DNA from: Prochlorococcus sp. AG-402-B05
GTDB lineage: Bacteria > Cyanobacteriota > Cyanobacteriia > PCC-6307 > Cyanobiaceae
Direction: 5' to 3'
NCBI GenBank assembly: GCA_003279635.1
Contig: QCHK01000001.1
Coordinates: 5,697-69,696 of the forward strand
Length of the DNA stretch: 64,000 nt
Shown here piece by piece: positions 15,662-25,494 of the stretch. The notes under the pieces were generated by a model, which had not been told where the DNA came from, did no database searches, and worked only from the letters and a program-made list of their open reading frames with translations. The position numbers and the translations under genes are program-made. The stretch's first letter is position 1. Each line of letters opens with the position of its first letter.

Positions 15662-17248
15662 ATGACGAAAGTTCTTGTTTCTGATCCCATTGATCAAGCA
15701 GGTATAGATATTCTTACTCAGGTTGCCCAGGTTGACCAAAAAGTAGGTCTTTCACCAGATCAGTTGAAGAATATTATTGGTGAGTATGACGGATTAATGA
15801 TCCGTTCAGGAACCAAAGTCACATCAGATGTTATATCTGAGGCTAAGAAATTGAGAATCATTGGTAGAGCTGGAGTTGGAGTGGATAATGTTGATGTGCC
15901 AACTGCTACTAGAAAGGGTGTCTTAGTCGTTAATTCTCCAGGTGGGAACACGATTGCTGCCGCTGAGCATGCTTTAGCAATGATGCTTGCATTATCTAGA
16001 AATATTCCCCAAGCACACGCAAGTATGTTTGCTGGAGGTTGGGATCGAAAGAAATATGTTGGAAATGAGCTTTATAAGAAAACCTTAGGAGTCGTTGGAC
16101 TTGGCAAGATTGGATCTCATGTCGCAAAGGTTGCAAATGCAATGGGTATGGAAGTCATTGGATTTGATCCTTTTGTTTCTAATGAAAGAGCTCAGCAAAT
16201 GCAGGTTCGATTAAGCGATATTGAGGAGTTGTTTAAAGAATCTGATTATGTCACTCTTCATCTTCCAAGGACACCTGAAACAGAAAATTTAGTTGATATT
16301 GATCTTCTAAGAAAAATGAAACCAACTGCCAGATTGGTTAACTGTGCAAGGGGTGGCATTATTAATGAAACTGATTTAGCTAATGCCTTGGCAGAAAATG
16401 TTATTCAAGGTGCTGCAATCGATGTATATGCAAAAGAACCTCTAGCTGAAAACTCGCCTTTACGAGCTGTAAAAAAAGGCTTGGTACTTTCGCCTCATCT
16501 AGGCGCTTCAACAGTTGAGGCACAACAAAATGTAGCAATTGATGTTGCAGAACAAATTAGAGATGTCCTTTTAGGCTTGCCAGCACGCAGCGCTGTAAAT
16601 ATTCCTGGTCTTAGCGCAGAGATAATGGATAGTCTTAAACCACATTTAAAACTTGCGGAGACATTAGGATTATTAGTTAGTCAAATTTCAGGGGGACAGA
16701 TTCAAAAACTAGAAGTACGTTTGCAAGGGGAATTCGCTCAACATCCATCTCAACCTCTAGTTATTGCGACTTTGAAGGGATTACTCACCAGTGCATTGGG
16801 CGATAAAATTAACTATGTAAACGCTTCATTGGAAGCTAAAGGACGTGGTATTGATGTCGTAGAAATTAAGGATGAGTTGTGCCCAGAGTTTGCTCGAGGC
16901 TCTTTGCAGTTGGATAGTTTTAGTGACAAAGGCGGTCACAGTGTCTCTGGAACTGTTTTTGGTGATGGCGATCTTGGTATTACAAGTATTGATGAGTACC
17001 CGATAAATTTTGTGCCAAGTAGACATATGCTTTTTACAAGGCATAGGGATATGCCGGGAATCATTGGTCAGATAGGTTCACTTCTTGGGAAATACAATGT
17101 GAATATTGCATCAATGCAAGTAGGAAGAAGGATTGTAAGAGGTGAGGCAGTAATGGTTTTAAGTATCGATGACCCTATCCCTTCTGAGTTGTTGGGCTCA
17201 ATTCTTTCAATGCAAGGAATTAACGAAGCTCATTCAGTGACTCTGTAA
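15662..17248 (+). CDS. serA: D-3-phosphoglycerate dehydrogenase
   Basis: 528 aa. NAD-binding GVVGLGKIGSHVA, catalytic region, and a C-terminal ACT domain. Confidence 0.95.
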   Translation: MTKVLVSDPIDQAGIDILTQVAQVDQKVGLSPDQLKNIIGEYDGLMIRSGTKVTSDVISEAKKLRIIGRAGVGVDNVDVPTATRKGVLVVNSPGGNTIAAAEHALAMMLALSRNIPQAHASMFAGGWDRKKYVGNELYKKTLGVVGLGKIGSHVAKVANAMGMEVIGFDPFVSNERAQQMQVRLSDIEELFKESDYVTLHLPRTPETENLVDIDLLRKMKPTARLVNCARGGIINETDLANALAENVIQGAAIDVYAKEPLAENSPLRAVKKGLVLSPHLGASTVEAQQNVAIDVAEQIRDVLLGLPARSAVNIPGLSAEIMDSLKPHLKLAETLGLLVSQISGGQIQKLEVRLQGEFAQHPSQPLVIATLKGLLTSALGDKINYVNASLEAKGRGIDVVEIKDELCPEFARGSLQLDSFSDKGGHSVSGTVFGDGDLGITSIDEYPINFVPSRHMLFTRHRDMPGIIGQIGSLLGKYNVNIASMQVGRRIVRGEAVMVLSIDDPIPSELLGSILSMQGINEAHSVTL

Positions 17249-17249
17249 T

Positions 17250-18185
17250 TTGTTGGTTGAAAAAACTATAAATTTGCAAAACTCCCAACTGTCTTGGTTG
17301 AGATTGGAGCAGGAATTTTCATTTGAGCTAGAAGATTCTTTTTATTGGCTGTTAAGCAAACTTGATATTCATAGATTCTCTTTTGAGCATGATCCAGATA
17401 ACAACTCCACTCAAACGCTATTTATATGGCTTCCTTTGAATGAATGGTCAGTTAGAGATCAAGAGATATTAGTCCAATCATTAATTTCGTTGACAGAACC
17501 TTTTGACTTGACTTTGCCTGAATGCAAATGGATTCAAGTAAAAGATGAAGATTGGAGCTTAAGTTGGAAAAAAAACTGGAAACCTGATCCCGTAGGAAAA
17601 TCAATTTTAATTTTGCCAGCATGGTTAGACGTTCCTGAAAAATTTTTAGAACGAAAAATCATCCGTCTAGATCCAGCTAGCGCTTTTGGCACTGGTAGTC
17701 ATCCTTCCACTAGGCTATGCCTTGAAGCCTTGGATAATGAGCCTCCGGTAGGTCAAACAATTGCTGATTTAGGTTGTGGAACCGGAATACTGTCTTTAAC
17801 TGCATTGAAATTAGGAGCCAAGAGTACGATCTCTGTTGATACTGATTCTTTATCAATATCAGCTACAAAAATTAATTCTGCCTTAAATGATGTTTCTGAA
17901 AATCTCTTAAATGTTTTTCTTGGTTCTGTTGAGGAAATTGAGGCGAAAATGCCGAAAGAAAAAATTGATTTGCTCCTATGCAATATTCTTGCACCTGTCA
18001 TAAAATTATTAGGGCCAAGTTTCGAAAAAATCATTGGACATAAAGGTAAAGTGATTTTATCGGGTTTATTAGTTCAGCAAATCAAAGAACTTCAAGAATT
18101 CTTTTTACAGTTTGGTTGGCAAGTTCTTGAAATAAAGACAAAGGATCAATGGGCCTTAATGGTTTTGACTCTTAATTTGTCTTAA
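17250..18185 (+). CDS. prmA: Ribosomal protein L11 methyltransferase
   Basis: DPASAFGTGSHPST and SAM motif DLGCGTGILS. TTG start 1 nt after the serA stop. Confidence 0.85.
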   Translation: MLVEKTINLQNSQLSWLRLEQEFSFELEDSFYWLLSKLDIHRFSFEHDPDNNSTQTLFIWLPLNEWSVRDQEILVQSLISLTEPFDLTLPECKWIQVKDEDWSLSWKKNWKPDPVGKSILILPAWLDVPEKFLERKIIRLDPASAFGTGSHPSTRLCLEALDNEPPVGQTIADLGCGTGILSLTALKLGAKSTISVDTDSLSISATKINSALNDVSENLLNVFLGSVEEIEAKMPKEKIDLLLCNILAPVIKLLGPSFEKIIGHKGKVILSGLLVQQIKELQEFFLQFGWQVLEIKTKDQWALMVLTLNLS

Positions 18186-18189
18186 TTAA

Positions 18190-18522
<333 letters not shown>

Positions 18523-18635
18523 TATTAAATTTTTCGCCAGATTGTCAGCGTTTTGCTTGCCAAAGATCTCCTTTCTCGCCAACCTCTTACTTATGTGCTC
18601 ATGCGAGCAAATAAAACTATTTAGGGATTAATTGA

Positions 18636-19025
18636 TTGATTTCAGAAGTTTTGCCAACCGATAAAGTTCAAGGTCTTTTAGATCATGGTTCTATTCACTC
18701 AAGTATTGGAGGTCAATTTAGTTTTAGGGTCTTAGGCCCATGTTGTCGTCTCTATGACCGTGAGGAGTTGCCTTGGCCTTGTTGTAGGCTTTCATGGCGA
18801 AGTAAGGAGCCTAGCTGGAAAAGAATTGGTAAAAGATTGGTTGCTGATATTGCGGCACAAAAATGTCCTTCTTATTCTGTTGAGATTATCCAACCAGGAG
18901 TTAAACCAACAAAAACAATTTTGACGTTGTTTTCAAGTCGTTTAGATACCAATATTCAGGAATGGTGGTATAGCAAGCATCCCCGTTCTAGAGATAGTTC
19001 AAATATTGCGCCCAAAGCGGCATGA
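18636..19025 (+). CDS. 129-aa hypothetical protein with duplicated CCRL motif
   Basis: Track ORF with a TTG start. Contains GPCCRLYDREELPWPCCRLSW. Confidence 0.55.
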   Translation: MISEVLPTDKVQGLLDHGSIHSSIGGQFSFRVLGPCCRLYDREELPWPCCRLSWRSKEPSWKRIGKRLVADIAAQKCPSYSVEIIQPGVKPTKTILTLFSSRLDTNIQEWWYSKHPRSRDSSNIAPKAA

Positions 19026-19148
19026 GTTTAGAAAAATGAAAATTCTTTTGGATTTAAAGTGATGAAGATATTAAGCATTTCAGGCATAAGTTCATACCAT
19101 TTTTCAAATTTGGAGGATAATTGTAAGTAATTAAATTTCAACACAGGG

Positions 19149-19340
19149 ATGAACTTCGACTATCACGCTGTTGCCTCTGCCGCTACGGCTGCTATTCCTT
19201 TGGCTGCTGGAGCTGCTGGGGTTGGCTATTTTATATTGCGCCAAAAAGGCGTTGGTTTTGGTACCTCACACTTACTAGTTGGGTTGCCGATGTTTGCGGT
19301 TGGAGGAGCTGCAGCGGCTTTCTTCTTAGTGACAAAGTGA
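19149..19340 (+). CDS. 63-aa Ala/Gly-rich membrane protein
   Basis: Track ORF with two Gly/Ala-rich TM helices, followed by a strong terminator. Confidence 0.5.
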   Translation: MNFDYHAVASAATAAIPLAAGAAGVGYFILRQKGVGFGTSHLLVGLPMFAVGGAAAAFFLVTK

Positions 19341-19361
19341 AAAAGTTAGTTTTCAACCAAT

Positions 19362-19390
19362 AAAAAAGGGGGCCACTGGCCCCTTTTTTA
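19362..19390. terminator. Bidirectional rho-independent terminator
   Basis: AAAAAA-GGGGCC-ACT-GGCCCC-TTTTTT, located between convergent genes ending at 19340 and 19415. Confidence 0.65.
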
Positions 19391-19414
19391 TTGGTTGTTA
19401 AATGTTGGAGAAAT

Positions 19415-19963
19415 TTAAGTACCTGGGTTGAAACCTTGACCTTTGGTTGCAGGCACGTATCCAGCAGCTGTAGTACTACAACCAAGACTTTCGGCTGTGT
19501 TACCAGTAGCTACTTCGCAAAGTTTTTTCTGTTGACTTCTATCTAAAACAGCATCAGTAAAGTCAGCACCATCAATGGTTGCACCATCAAAAACACTCTT
19601 GAGCAACTCTGCTCCAGTAAGATTTACATTCGTGAGGTTCGCATTATCAAACCTCGTTGCATAAGCAATAACATTGGTCATGTTTGCGCCTGTTAGATCA
19701 GAGTCCTTCAAAGTTGAAACACTGAAATAAGCGCCAGTGAAATCTGTCCCACCAAGATCTTTTCCTGATAAGTCGTATTTTACATACTCTGTATTTTGTA
19801 AATCCTTACCAGCCAAGCTTGGATCTAAGCTCTCCACTGAAGAAGGATCGCTGGGATACAAGGCGCTTACGGATAAAGGACTTATGCTAAGACTCAAAAG
19901 CACAGGTATCAAGACAAATAGCCTTGTGAAGGACCTTTTAAGGGAAGAAATAAAAGAATTCAT
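19415..19963 (-). CDS. Pentapeptide-repeat protein with signal peptide (thylakoid-lumen type)
   Basis: N-terminal signal LFVLIPVLLSLSISPLSVSA. Repeats include DLSGKDLGGTDFTGAYFSVSTLKDSDLTGANMTNV... Confidence 0.85.
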   Translation of the reverse strand: MNSFISSLKRSFTRLFVLIPVLLSLSISPLSVSALYPSDPSSVESLDPSLAGKDLQNTEYVKYDLSGKDLGGTDFTGAYFSVSTLKDSDLTGANMTNVIAYATRFDNANLTNVNLTGAELLKSVFDGATIDGADFTDAVLDRSQQKKLCEVATGNTAESLGCSTTAAGYVPATKGQGFNPGT

Positions 19964-20054
19964 TAATAACGCCAGCGATTAGAGAAGCACCAAACTCGAC
20001 TATTGTTTCATGTTGAGGCATTTCATAGGCAAAGGATCACGAACTGTTGCAGTT

Positions 20055-21026
20055 TCATCTTTTATTTATATCAATTTGCAGAAAGTCCCTTGCTAACTGG
20101 GTATTTGGAAAAATTGCTTTTGCTTCATTAAGCAAATCATTAGGACATGTTTGATTTCCAGGGGTATACCTCGGACTTAGATGAGTAAGAATTAGTTGAT
20201 CAACATTCGCTTTTGCAGCAATCTGAGCAGCCATTGTTGCAGTTGAATGTCCGCGTTCATATGCCATTTCAGTTTCTTTATAAGAATATGTTGATTCATG
20301 GATTAGTAGATCCGCTTTTCTAGAAATCTCAATTGCTGATTCTGTATAAACAGTATCTGTGCAATAAACCATGCTTACCCCTGGTCTAGGCGGACCGCAG
20401 AATTCTTTCCCAGAAAAAATTCGACCATCTTCTAATCTCACTTCCTCCCCTCTCTGAAGGTCTGCATAAACGGGACCAGGAGGTATTCCTTTTGATTTTG
20501 CTTTCTCTATATCGAATCTACCTGGTCTAGTTTTTTGATTCACTCTGTAAGCAAAAGATGGGATTCGATGCTTGAGTGGAGCAGTTTTGACTTCTAACTC
20601 TGAATCTTCAAGCAAAATTTCTTTATTGTTAGCAGCATGTTCGACCCTATGGAATTTGAGTGAGTAAGCCAATCGGCTTGAGCTGTTGTATAGACAAGAA
20701 TCAATAAAGTTCTTAAGGGGAGCTGGCCCGTACAACTCAATTCCAGAACTACTGCCTGCTAATCCAATACTTGCTAGAAGTCCTGGTAGACCATAAATAT
20801 GATCCCCATGCATATGGGTAATAAATATTTTTTTGATTTGAGATAACTTAAGATTGCTTCTGATGAACTGATGCTGTGTGCCTTCACCACAATCGAACAA
20901 CCACAATTCTGACCTTTGTGGAGGCTTTAGTACAATCGCTGATACGTTCCTATTAAGAGTTGGAACCCCTGAACTTGTTCCTAGAAAAGTGACTTGCAAG
21001 TTTTCCCTCTTAAGACATGGTGACAT
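20055..21026 (-). CDS. rnz: Ribonuclease Z
   Basis: Metallo-beta-lactamase motif [15 protein letters not shown]. The 323-aa length is typical of RNase Z. Confidence 0.9.
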   Translation of the reverse strand: MSPCLKRENLQVTFLGTSSGVPTLNRNVSAIVLKPPQRSELWLFDCGEGTQHQFIRSNLKLSQIKKIFITHMHGDHIYGLPGLLASIGLAGSSSGIELYGPAPLKNFIDSCLYNSSSRLAYSLKFHRVEHAANNKEILLEDSELEVKTAPLKHRIPSFAYRVNQKTRPGRFDIEKAKSKGIPPGPVYADLQRGEEVRLEDGRIFSGKEFCGPPRPGVSMVYCTDTVYTESAIEISRKADLLIHESTYSYKETEMAYERGHSTATMAAQIAAKANVDQLILTHLSPRYTPGNQTCPNDLLNEAKAIFPNTQLARDFLQIDINKR

Positions 21027-21095
21027 TCATAGCGTTGACCACTGGTGGATCTTCTTTCTTATAGGCAAAATTAGTACCTAAATCCAATTTTTATT

Positions 21096-22313
21096 GTGAG
21101 CGCATCACCTAAAAGAAAATCAGGATGGGCAATAATCTTCATAGCTATATTTTTTATCTCTCCATTAAAGGCAATTGCGGCAAAAGAACCAACAATGCGT
21201 GTCTTGATAGCTAAAGATAATAAGGCAGGATTTAGAGCCGATGGTGTGAAAAATATTTTTGTTGAGGGTATCTCTTCTAAGCATCGAAAAATAAAATCTT
21301 TAAATTTAGTTTTTAAAAATAATAAGGTTAAATATTCAATTGATAATAACCTAAATACATGGTTCGACTTGCCAAATAATTTCAGTTTAATTATTAGAAA
21401 TGATGATAAAAGAGGGACTTGGTTTAAGAATAGAAGATATGCCGGAGAATTAAAAGTTTCATTGAATGATAAGAAATTAAATATAATAAATTATCTAAAA
21501 TTAGAGAAGTATTTAAAAAGTGTAGTTGGCAGTGAAATGCCTAAAGAATTTCCCCTTGCAGCTCTTCAAGCTCAAGCAATAGCAGCCAGGACTTATGCTT
21601 TAAAACTTTTAAATAAAAATAAATCATTTGATCTTCATTCAACACAAGCTAGTCAGGTCTACTTAGGACTTGAGTCTGAAACACCAAAAATTAATAGAGC
21701 AGTTGAAAGTACAAATTCACTTGCTCTATTTCATAAAGATAAGCTCATAAATGCAGTTTTCCATAGTAGTTCTGGTGGTAGGACTGAGAATAGTGGAAAG
21801 GTTTGGAAGTATCAATTACCTTATTTAAAAAGTGTTGTTGACTTTGATCAAGATAGTACAAAGTATAGATGGACGAATAAATTTACCTCAGGAGAATTAG
21901 ATCAGATCTTCCCTGGCTTGGGTGGGTTAAATAGTATACAAATTATCAACAAAAGTGATACCGATAGAGCCTTGAAAATTAGACTGTATGGAAGTAATGG
22001 GAATAAGAATATCTCCGGAAAAAGCTTAAGAGAAAAATTACAATTGCTTAGTACAAAATTTGATCTAGATTTAAAATTTAAACAATTAAATCTAGATAAT
22101 AAATTGAATTCTGATATACAAATAGTTGAAGATTCTGCACCTCAACCTCTCCCGCCAATTCCAAAAGATTTTTTTCTATTAGTTCAAGGTTATGGGGCTG
22201 GTCATGGCGTAGGAATGAGCCAATGGGGTGCTAAAGCCATGGCTGAAAAGGGATCAGGTTTTCGTAAAATTCTAAAACATTATTATACAGGTGTACAAAT
22301 AAAAGCCTTTTAG
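21096..22313 (+). CDS. SpoIID/LytB-domain protein
   Basis: ALQAQAIAARTYAL and FHSSSGGRTE motifs, plus a signal peptide. GTG start. Confidence 0.85.
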   Translation: MSASPKRKSGWAIIFIAIFFISPLKAIAAKEPTMRVLIAKDNKAGFRADGVKNIFVEGISSKHRKIKSLNLVFKNNKVKYSIDNNLNTWFDLPNNFSLIIRNDDKRGTWFKNRRYAGELKVSLNDKKLNIINYLKLEKYLKSVVGSEMPKEFPLAALQAQAIAARTYALKLLNKNKSFDLHSTQASQVYLGLESETPKINRAVESTNSLALFHKDKLINAVFHSSSGGRTENSGKVWKYQLPYLKSVVDFDQDSTKYRWTNKFTSGELDQIFPGLGGLNSIQIINKSDTDRALKIRLYGSNGNKNISGKSLREKLQLLSTKFDLDLKFKQLNLDNKLNSDIQIVEDSAPQPLPPIPKDFFLLVQGYGAGHGVGMSQWGAKAMAEKGSGFRKILKHYYTGVQIKAF

Positions 22314-22365
22314 GAATATCTTTACTAGCTATAGATTATTGTTATATGATTTACATTTTACGATC

Positions 22366-23310
22366 CTAACCAATTGCATTAAAAACAACCTTAGGCTTGA
22401 TTTCAAAATTTTCATCTAAGCAAGCTATCCCAAGGATTTGATTTTCTTTATTCAATACTAATATATTGTTGGTATGAATAATACTATCTTCAAACTCATT
22501 GTTTTTAGATACCTTTAAACGTTTAGTATTATTCTGAAAACAGATCTTTCTGCCTGAACGCCAGCTAATAATTTCTTCTTCAGAAATTAATTCAAAAGAA
22601 GAAAGATGTTTAAAAAAGATATTAGGATTAAGAACTTTAGGTTTATCTTCCTCTGGATAAAAATCTAATTTCTCAGGAAGTTTTACTGAATGATATTCGT
22701 TAAAATTATATGCTTTTGTACGGCGCAAACTTTTTAAATAACCACCGCATCCGATTGTATCTCCAATGTCTCTAGCCAAGGATCTAATGTATGTTCCTGT
22801 TGAGCAGTCGACGTCAACTAATAACTCACCTTTATTTTGAGACCAGTTTATTAAATTTAAATTATTTATCGTAACTTTTTTAGGAATTAAATCGAATTTT
22901 TCTCCTTTTCTTGCTTTCTTATAAGCTCTCTCGCCTTTAATGTGAACACTAGAAAAAATTGGAGGTTTTTGTGATATCTCACCTCTAAAATTTTCTAGTA
23001 GAGAATTTATATCATTTTTGCTAATTAAAGGCCAAACTTTTGATTCTATAATTTCCCCTTGCATGTCATCAGTATTTGTAGTAGCACCTAACTGGATGAT
23101 TCCTGTATAAGCTTTAGAACCTTGTAAATAAGAGATTAATCTTGTCGCATCACCTATTGCTATTGGAAGTACACCAGTAACTGCGGGGTCTAGAGTTCCA
23201 GTATGTCCAATTTTTTTGATACCAAATACTTTTCTAAGTCTGTTGACACAATCATGAGAAGTAAGCCCAGAAGGCTTATCGATGACAACAAATCCAAAGG
23301 GCTTTTCCAA
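22366..23310 (-). CDS. truB: tRNA pseudouridine(55) synthase
   Basis: GHTGTLDPAVTGVLPI catalytic motif. Confidence 0.9.
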   Translation of the reverse strand: MEKPFGFVVIDKPSGLTSHDCVNRLRKVFGIKKIGHTGTLDPAVTGVLPIAIGDATRLISYLQGSKAYTGIIQLGATTNTDDMQGEIIESKVWPLISKNDINSLLENFRGEISQKPPIFSSVHIKGERAYKKARKGEKFDLIPKKVTINNLNLINWSQNKGELLVDVDCSTGTYIRSLARDIGDTIGCGGYLKSLRRTKAYNFNEYHSVKLPEKLDFYPEEDKPKVLNPNIFFKHLSSFELISEEEIISWRSGRKICFQNNTKRLKVSKNNEFEDSIIHTNNILVLNKENQILGIACLDENFEIKPKVVFNAIG

Positions 23311-23385
23311 AATTGATATTGCAGGTTGAGGTTCACATGAAAATATTGTTCAAGTAACCCTGAGCATTTAAAGTTATAACTCAGT

Positions 23386-24153
23386 GTGTTCAGTCAGCCA
23401 AATAATATGAAAGATTTAGATCTAAGTATTTCCTGTTTCCTAAAAGATGGCTTTAATTTAAAAAAACATCTTATTGATTTCCTAAATATTAGTAATGATC
23501 AATTAGATCAAAGGTTAATTAATGGTGTTGATGATTTGGCAGCTCTTCACCCAGGAGCATTTGCCGAGAACAATGCAAGCGATTTTTACGAGGAAAAAGT
23601 AGGAGATGCTCATTTAATAGATCTCGCTAATTGGCATCTAAATAGTTCTAATTACATAGCTGACACTCTTCGCTTACAACAAAAATTTGCTTCTGGAAAA
23701 GTTTTAGATTTTGGTGGTGGTATTGGTACACATGCTCTGGCGGCCTCGTTTTTGCCAGAGGTTGAACATGTTTGGTTTGTTGATCTTAACCCTCAAAACC
23801 GAAGCTTTGTAAAGCATAGGTCTAAGGAATTGGGTATAGAAGATAAGATTTCAATTTTTAGAGACTTAGAAAGCGCATCTGATGTTGTTTTTGATTCTTT
23901 AGTTTGCTTGGATGTCCTTGAGCATCTTCCAAATCCTGCCAAACAATTAAAAATATTTTTGGAAAAACTTTCTCCTGAAGGAATAGCTCTAATGAATTGG
24001 TATTTTTACAAAGGAAAAAATGGAGAGTATCCTTTTCATTTCGATGATCCTAGTCTTATTGAGAATTTCTTTTATACATTACAGTTAAATTATTTAGAAG
24101 TTTTCCATCCTTTTTTGATTACTACGCGAGCTTACAAACCATTAAAAAAATAA
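23386..24153 (+). CDS. Class I SAM-dependent methyltransferase
   Basis: SAM-binding motif VLDFGGGIGTHAL. Start is GTG at 23386 or ATG at 23407. Confidence 0.75.
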   Translation: MFSQPNNMKDLDLSISCFLKDGFNLKKHLIDFLNISNDQLDQRLINGVDDLAALHPGAFAENNASDFYEEKVGDAHLIDLANWHLNSSNYIADTLRLQQKFASGKVLDFGGGIGTHALAASFLPEVEHVWFVDLNPQNRSFVKHRSKELGIEDKISIFRDLESASDVVFDSLVCLDVLEHLPNPAKQLKIFLEKLSPEGIALMNWYFYKGKNGEYPFHFDDPSLIENFFYTLQLNYLEVFHPFLITTRAYKPLKK

Positions 24154-24154
24154 A

Positions 24155-24427
24155 CTATACAGTCTTAGCAGTGGAAATATTAATCCTTTTTCTATTTCTT
24201 AGTCCCCTACGAATACTTTCAAAATGAACTGATCCATCAGTTAGTGCGAAAAGAGTATCATCTTTCCCCCTGCCAACATTGAGTCCTGGAAGAACTGATG
24301 TTCCTCTTTGACGAATAAGAATAGATCCAGCAGTTACTTTCTCTCCGCCATAGGCCTTTACACCAAGTCTTTGGGAGTTTGAATCTCTTCCATTTCTGGT
24401 TGAGCCAGTACCTTTCTTGTGAGCCAT
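24155..24427 (-). CDS. rpmA: 50S ribosomal protein L27
   Basis: Begins [24 protein letters not shown]. Confidence 0.95.
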   Translation of the reverse strand: MAHKKGTGSTRNGRDSNSQRLGVKAYGGEKVTAGSILIRQRGTSVLPGLNVGRGKDDTLFALTDGSVHFESIRRGLRNRKRINISTAKTV

Positions 24428-24451
24428 TTTTTATTAGTCTTTTAAATTTAA

Positions 24452-24871
24452 CTAATCAGATTCTACTTTACTAGCAGTGGTTTTGACATCTTTTGATTTT
24501 TTTGTGTTTGATCCTATTGAAATGGATTGAACTAAAACTCTTGTAAGCTCTTGGCGATGTCCATTCTTTCTCCTAGTCTTTTTCTTCGGTCTCATTTTAT
24601 AGACTATTATTTTTGGACCTCTTCTGTGCTCCAATACTTTAATTTCTACTTTTGCATCTTTAATATAAGGTTTTCCTAGCTTTAAATCTTTACCATCATT
24701 AAGAAGAAGAACCTTTTCAAGAGTCAAAACATCATCAACTTCTGCTTTGCATCTATCTAAATCGTAATAACGATTGGGTTGAAGCCAAAATTGTTTTCCT
24801 GAGGCTTCTACTATCGCATATGTTTTGTCTTGCGGAGTTTCCTTCTTGGGAGATGATTTTTTATCAGCCAT
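24452..24871 (-). CDS. rplU: 50S ribosomal protein L21
   Basis: YAIVEASGKQFW motif. ATG at 24871 preferred over GTG at 24886. Confidence 0.9.
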   Translation of the reverse strand: MADKKSSPKKETPQDKTYAIVEASGKQFWLQPNRYYDLDRCKAEVDDVLTLEKVLLLNDGKDLKLGKPYIKDAKVEIKVLEHRRGPKIIVYKMRPKKKTRRKNGHRQELTRVLVQSISIGSNTKKSKDVKTTASKVESD

Positions 24872-25042
24872 GATTATTGGTGACACGTTAAGGCTCGAAA
24901 TAAAACAAAAGGGATTTCCTTCCTTTTAATCGATTAAGCCCTAATCGTAATCGAAAAACAAACTAACATTTTGGCCTTTTGTTGGTTACTTAGTCAAGAT
25001 CTAAGAAGGGCAAATGTTCTGTTGATTTTTCGGAGATTTTAA

Positions 25043-25366
25043 ATGAATGCAAGAAAGACATATATTCTCAAGCTTTATGTGGCGGGGAATACACCAAACT
25101 CTATGAGGGCATTGAACACGTTGAGAGAAATCTTAGAAAGTGAATTCAAAGGTGTTTATGCTCTTAAGGTTATTGATGTTTTAAAAAGCCCTCAATTAGC
25201 CGAAGACGATAAAATACTTGCTACACCAACCTTATCTAAGATTTTACCCCCACCTGTTCGAAGAATAATTGGTGACCTATCAGATAGAGAAAAGGTGCTA
25301 ATTGGATTGGACCTTTTGTATGATGAATTAACAGATGAAGAAATGTTTTACTCTTCAGATAAATAA
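25043..25366 (+). CDS. kaiB: Circadian clock protein KaiB
   Basis: [26 protein letters not shown]. Confidence 0.95.
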   Translation: MNARKTYILKLYVAGNTPNSMRALNTLREILESEFKGVYALKVIDVLKSPQLAEDDKILATPTLSKILPPPVRRIIGDLSDREKVLIGLDLLYDELTDEEMFYSSDK

Positions 25367-25494
25367 TGTAGCTATATAAACAAGAAGTAAATGAATTCTT
25401 AAGCCCAACCGATATCTAAGCTATTTTTAAAGTTTGCTTATTATGTTTTGTACATAAGAACTTTTAGCGTTCTTCAATAATAAATCGACCCAAA

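Noticed and set aside
22348-22366. TTACA/TTACG repeats (GATTTACATTTTACGATCC) resembling an HLR1 box
   Set aside because: The repeat spacing is 7 nt rather than 10 and the second unit deviates from consensus. It also lies at the 3' end of two convergent genes, not in a promoter.
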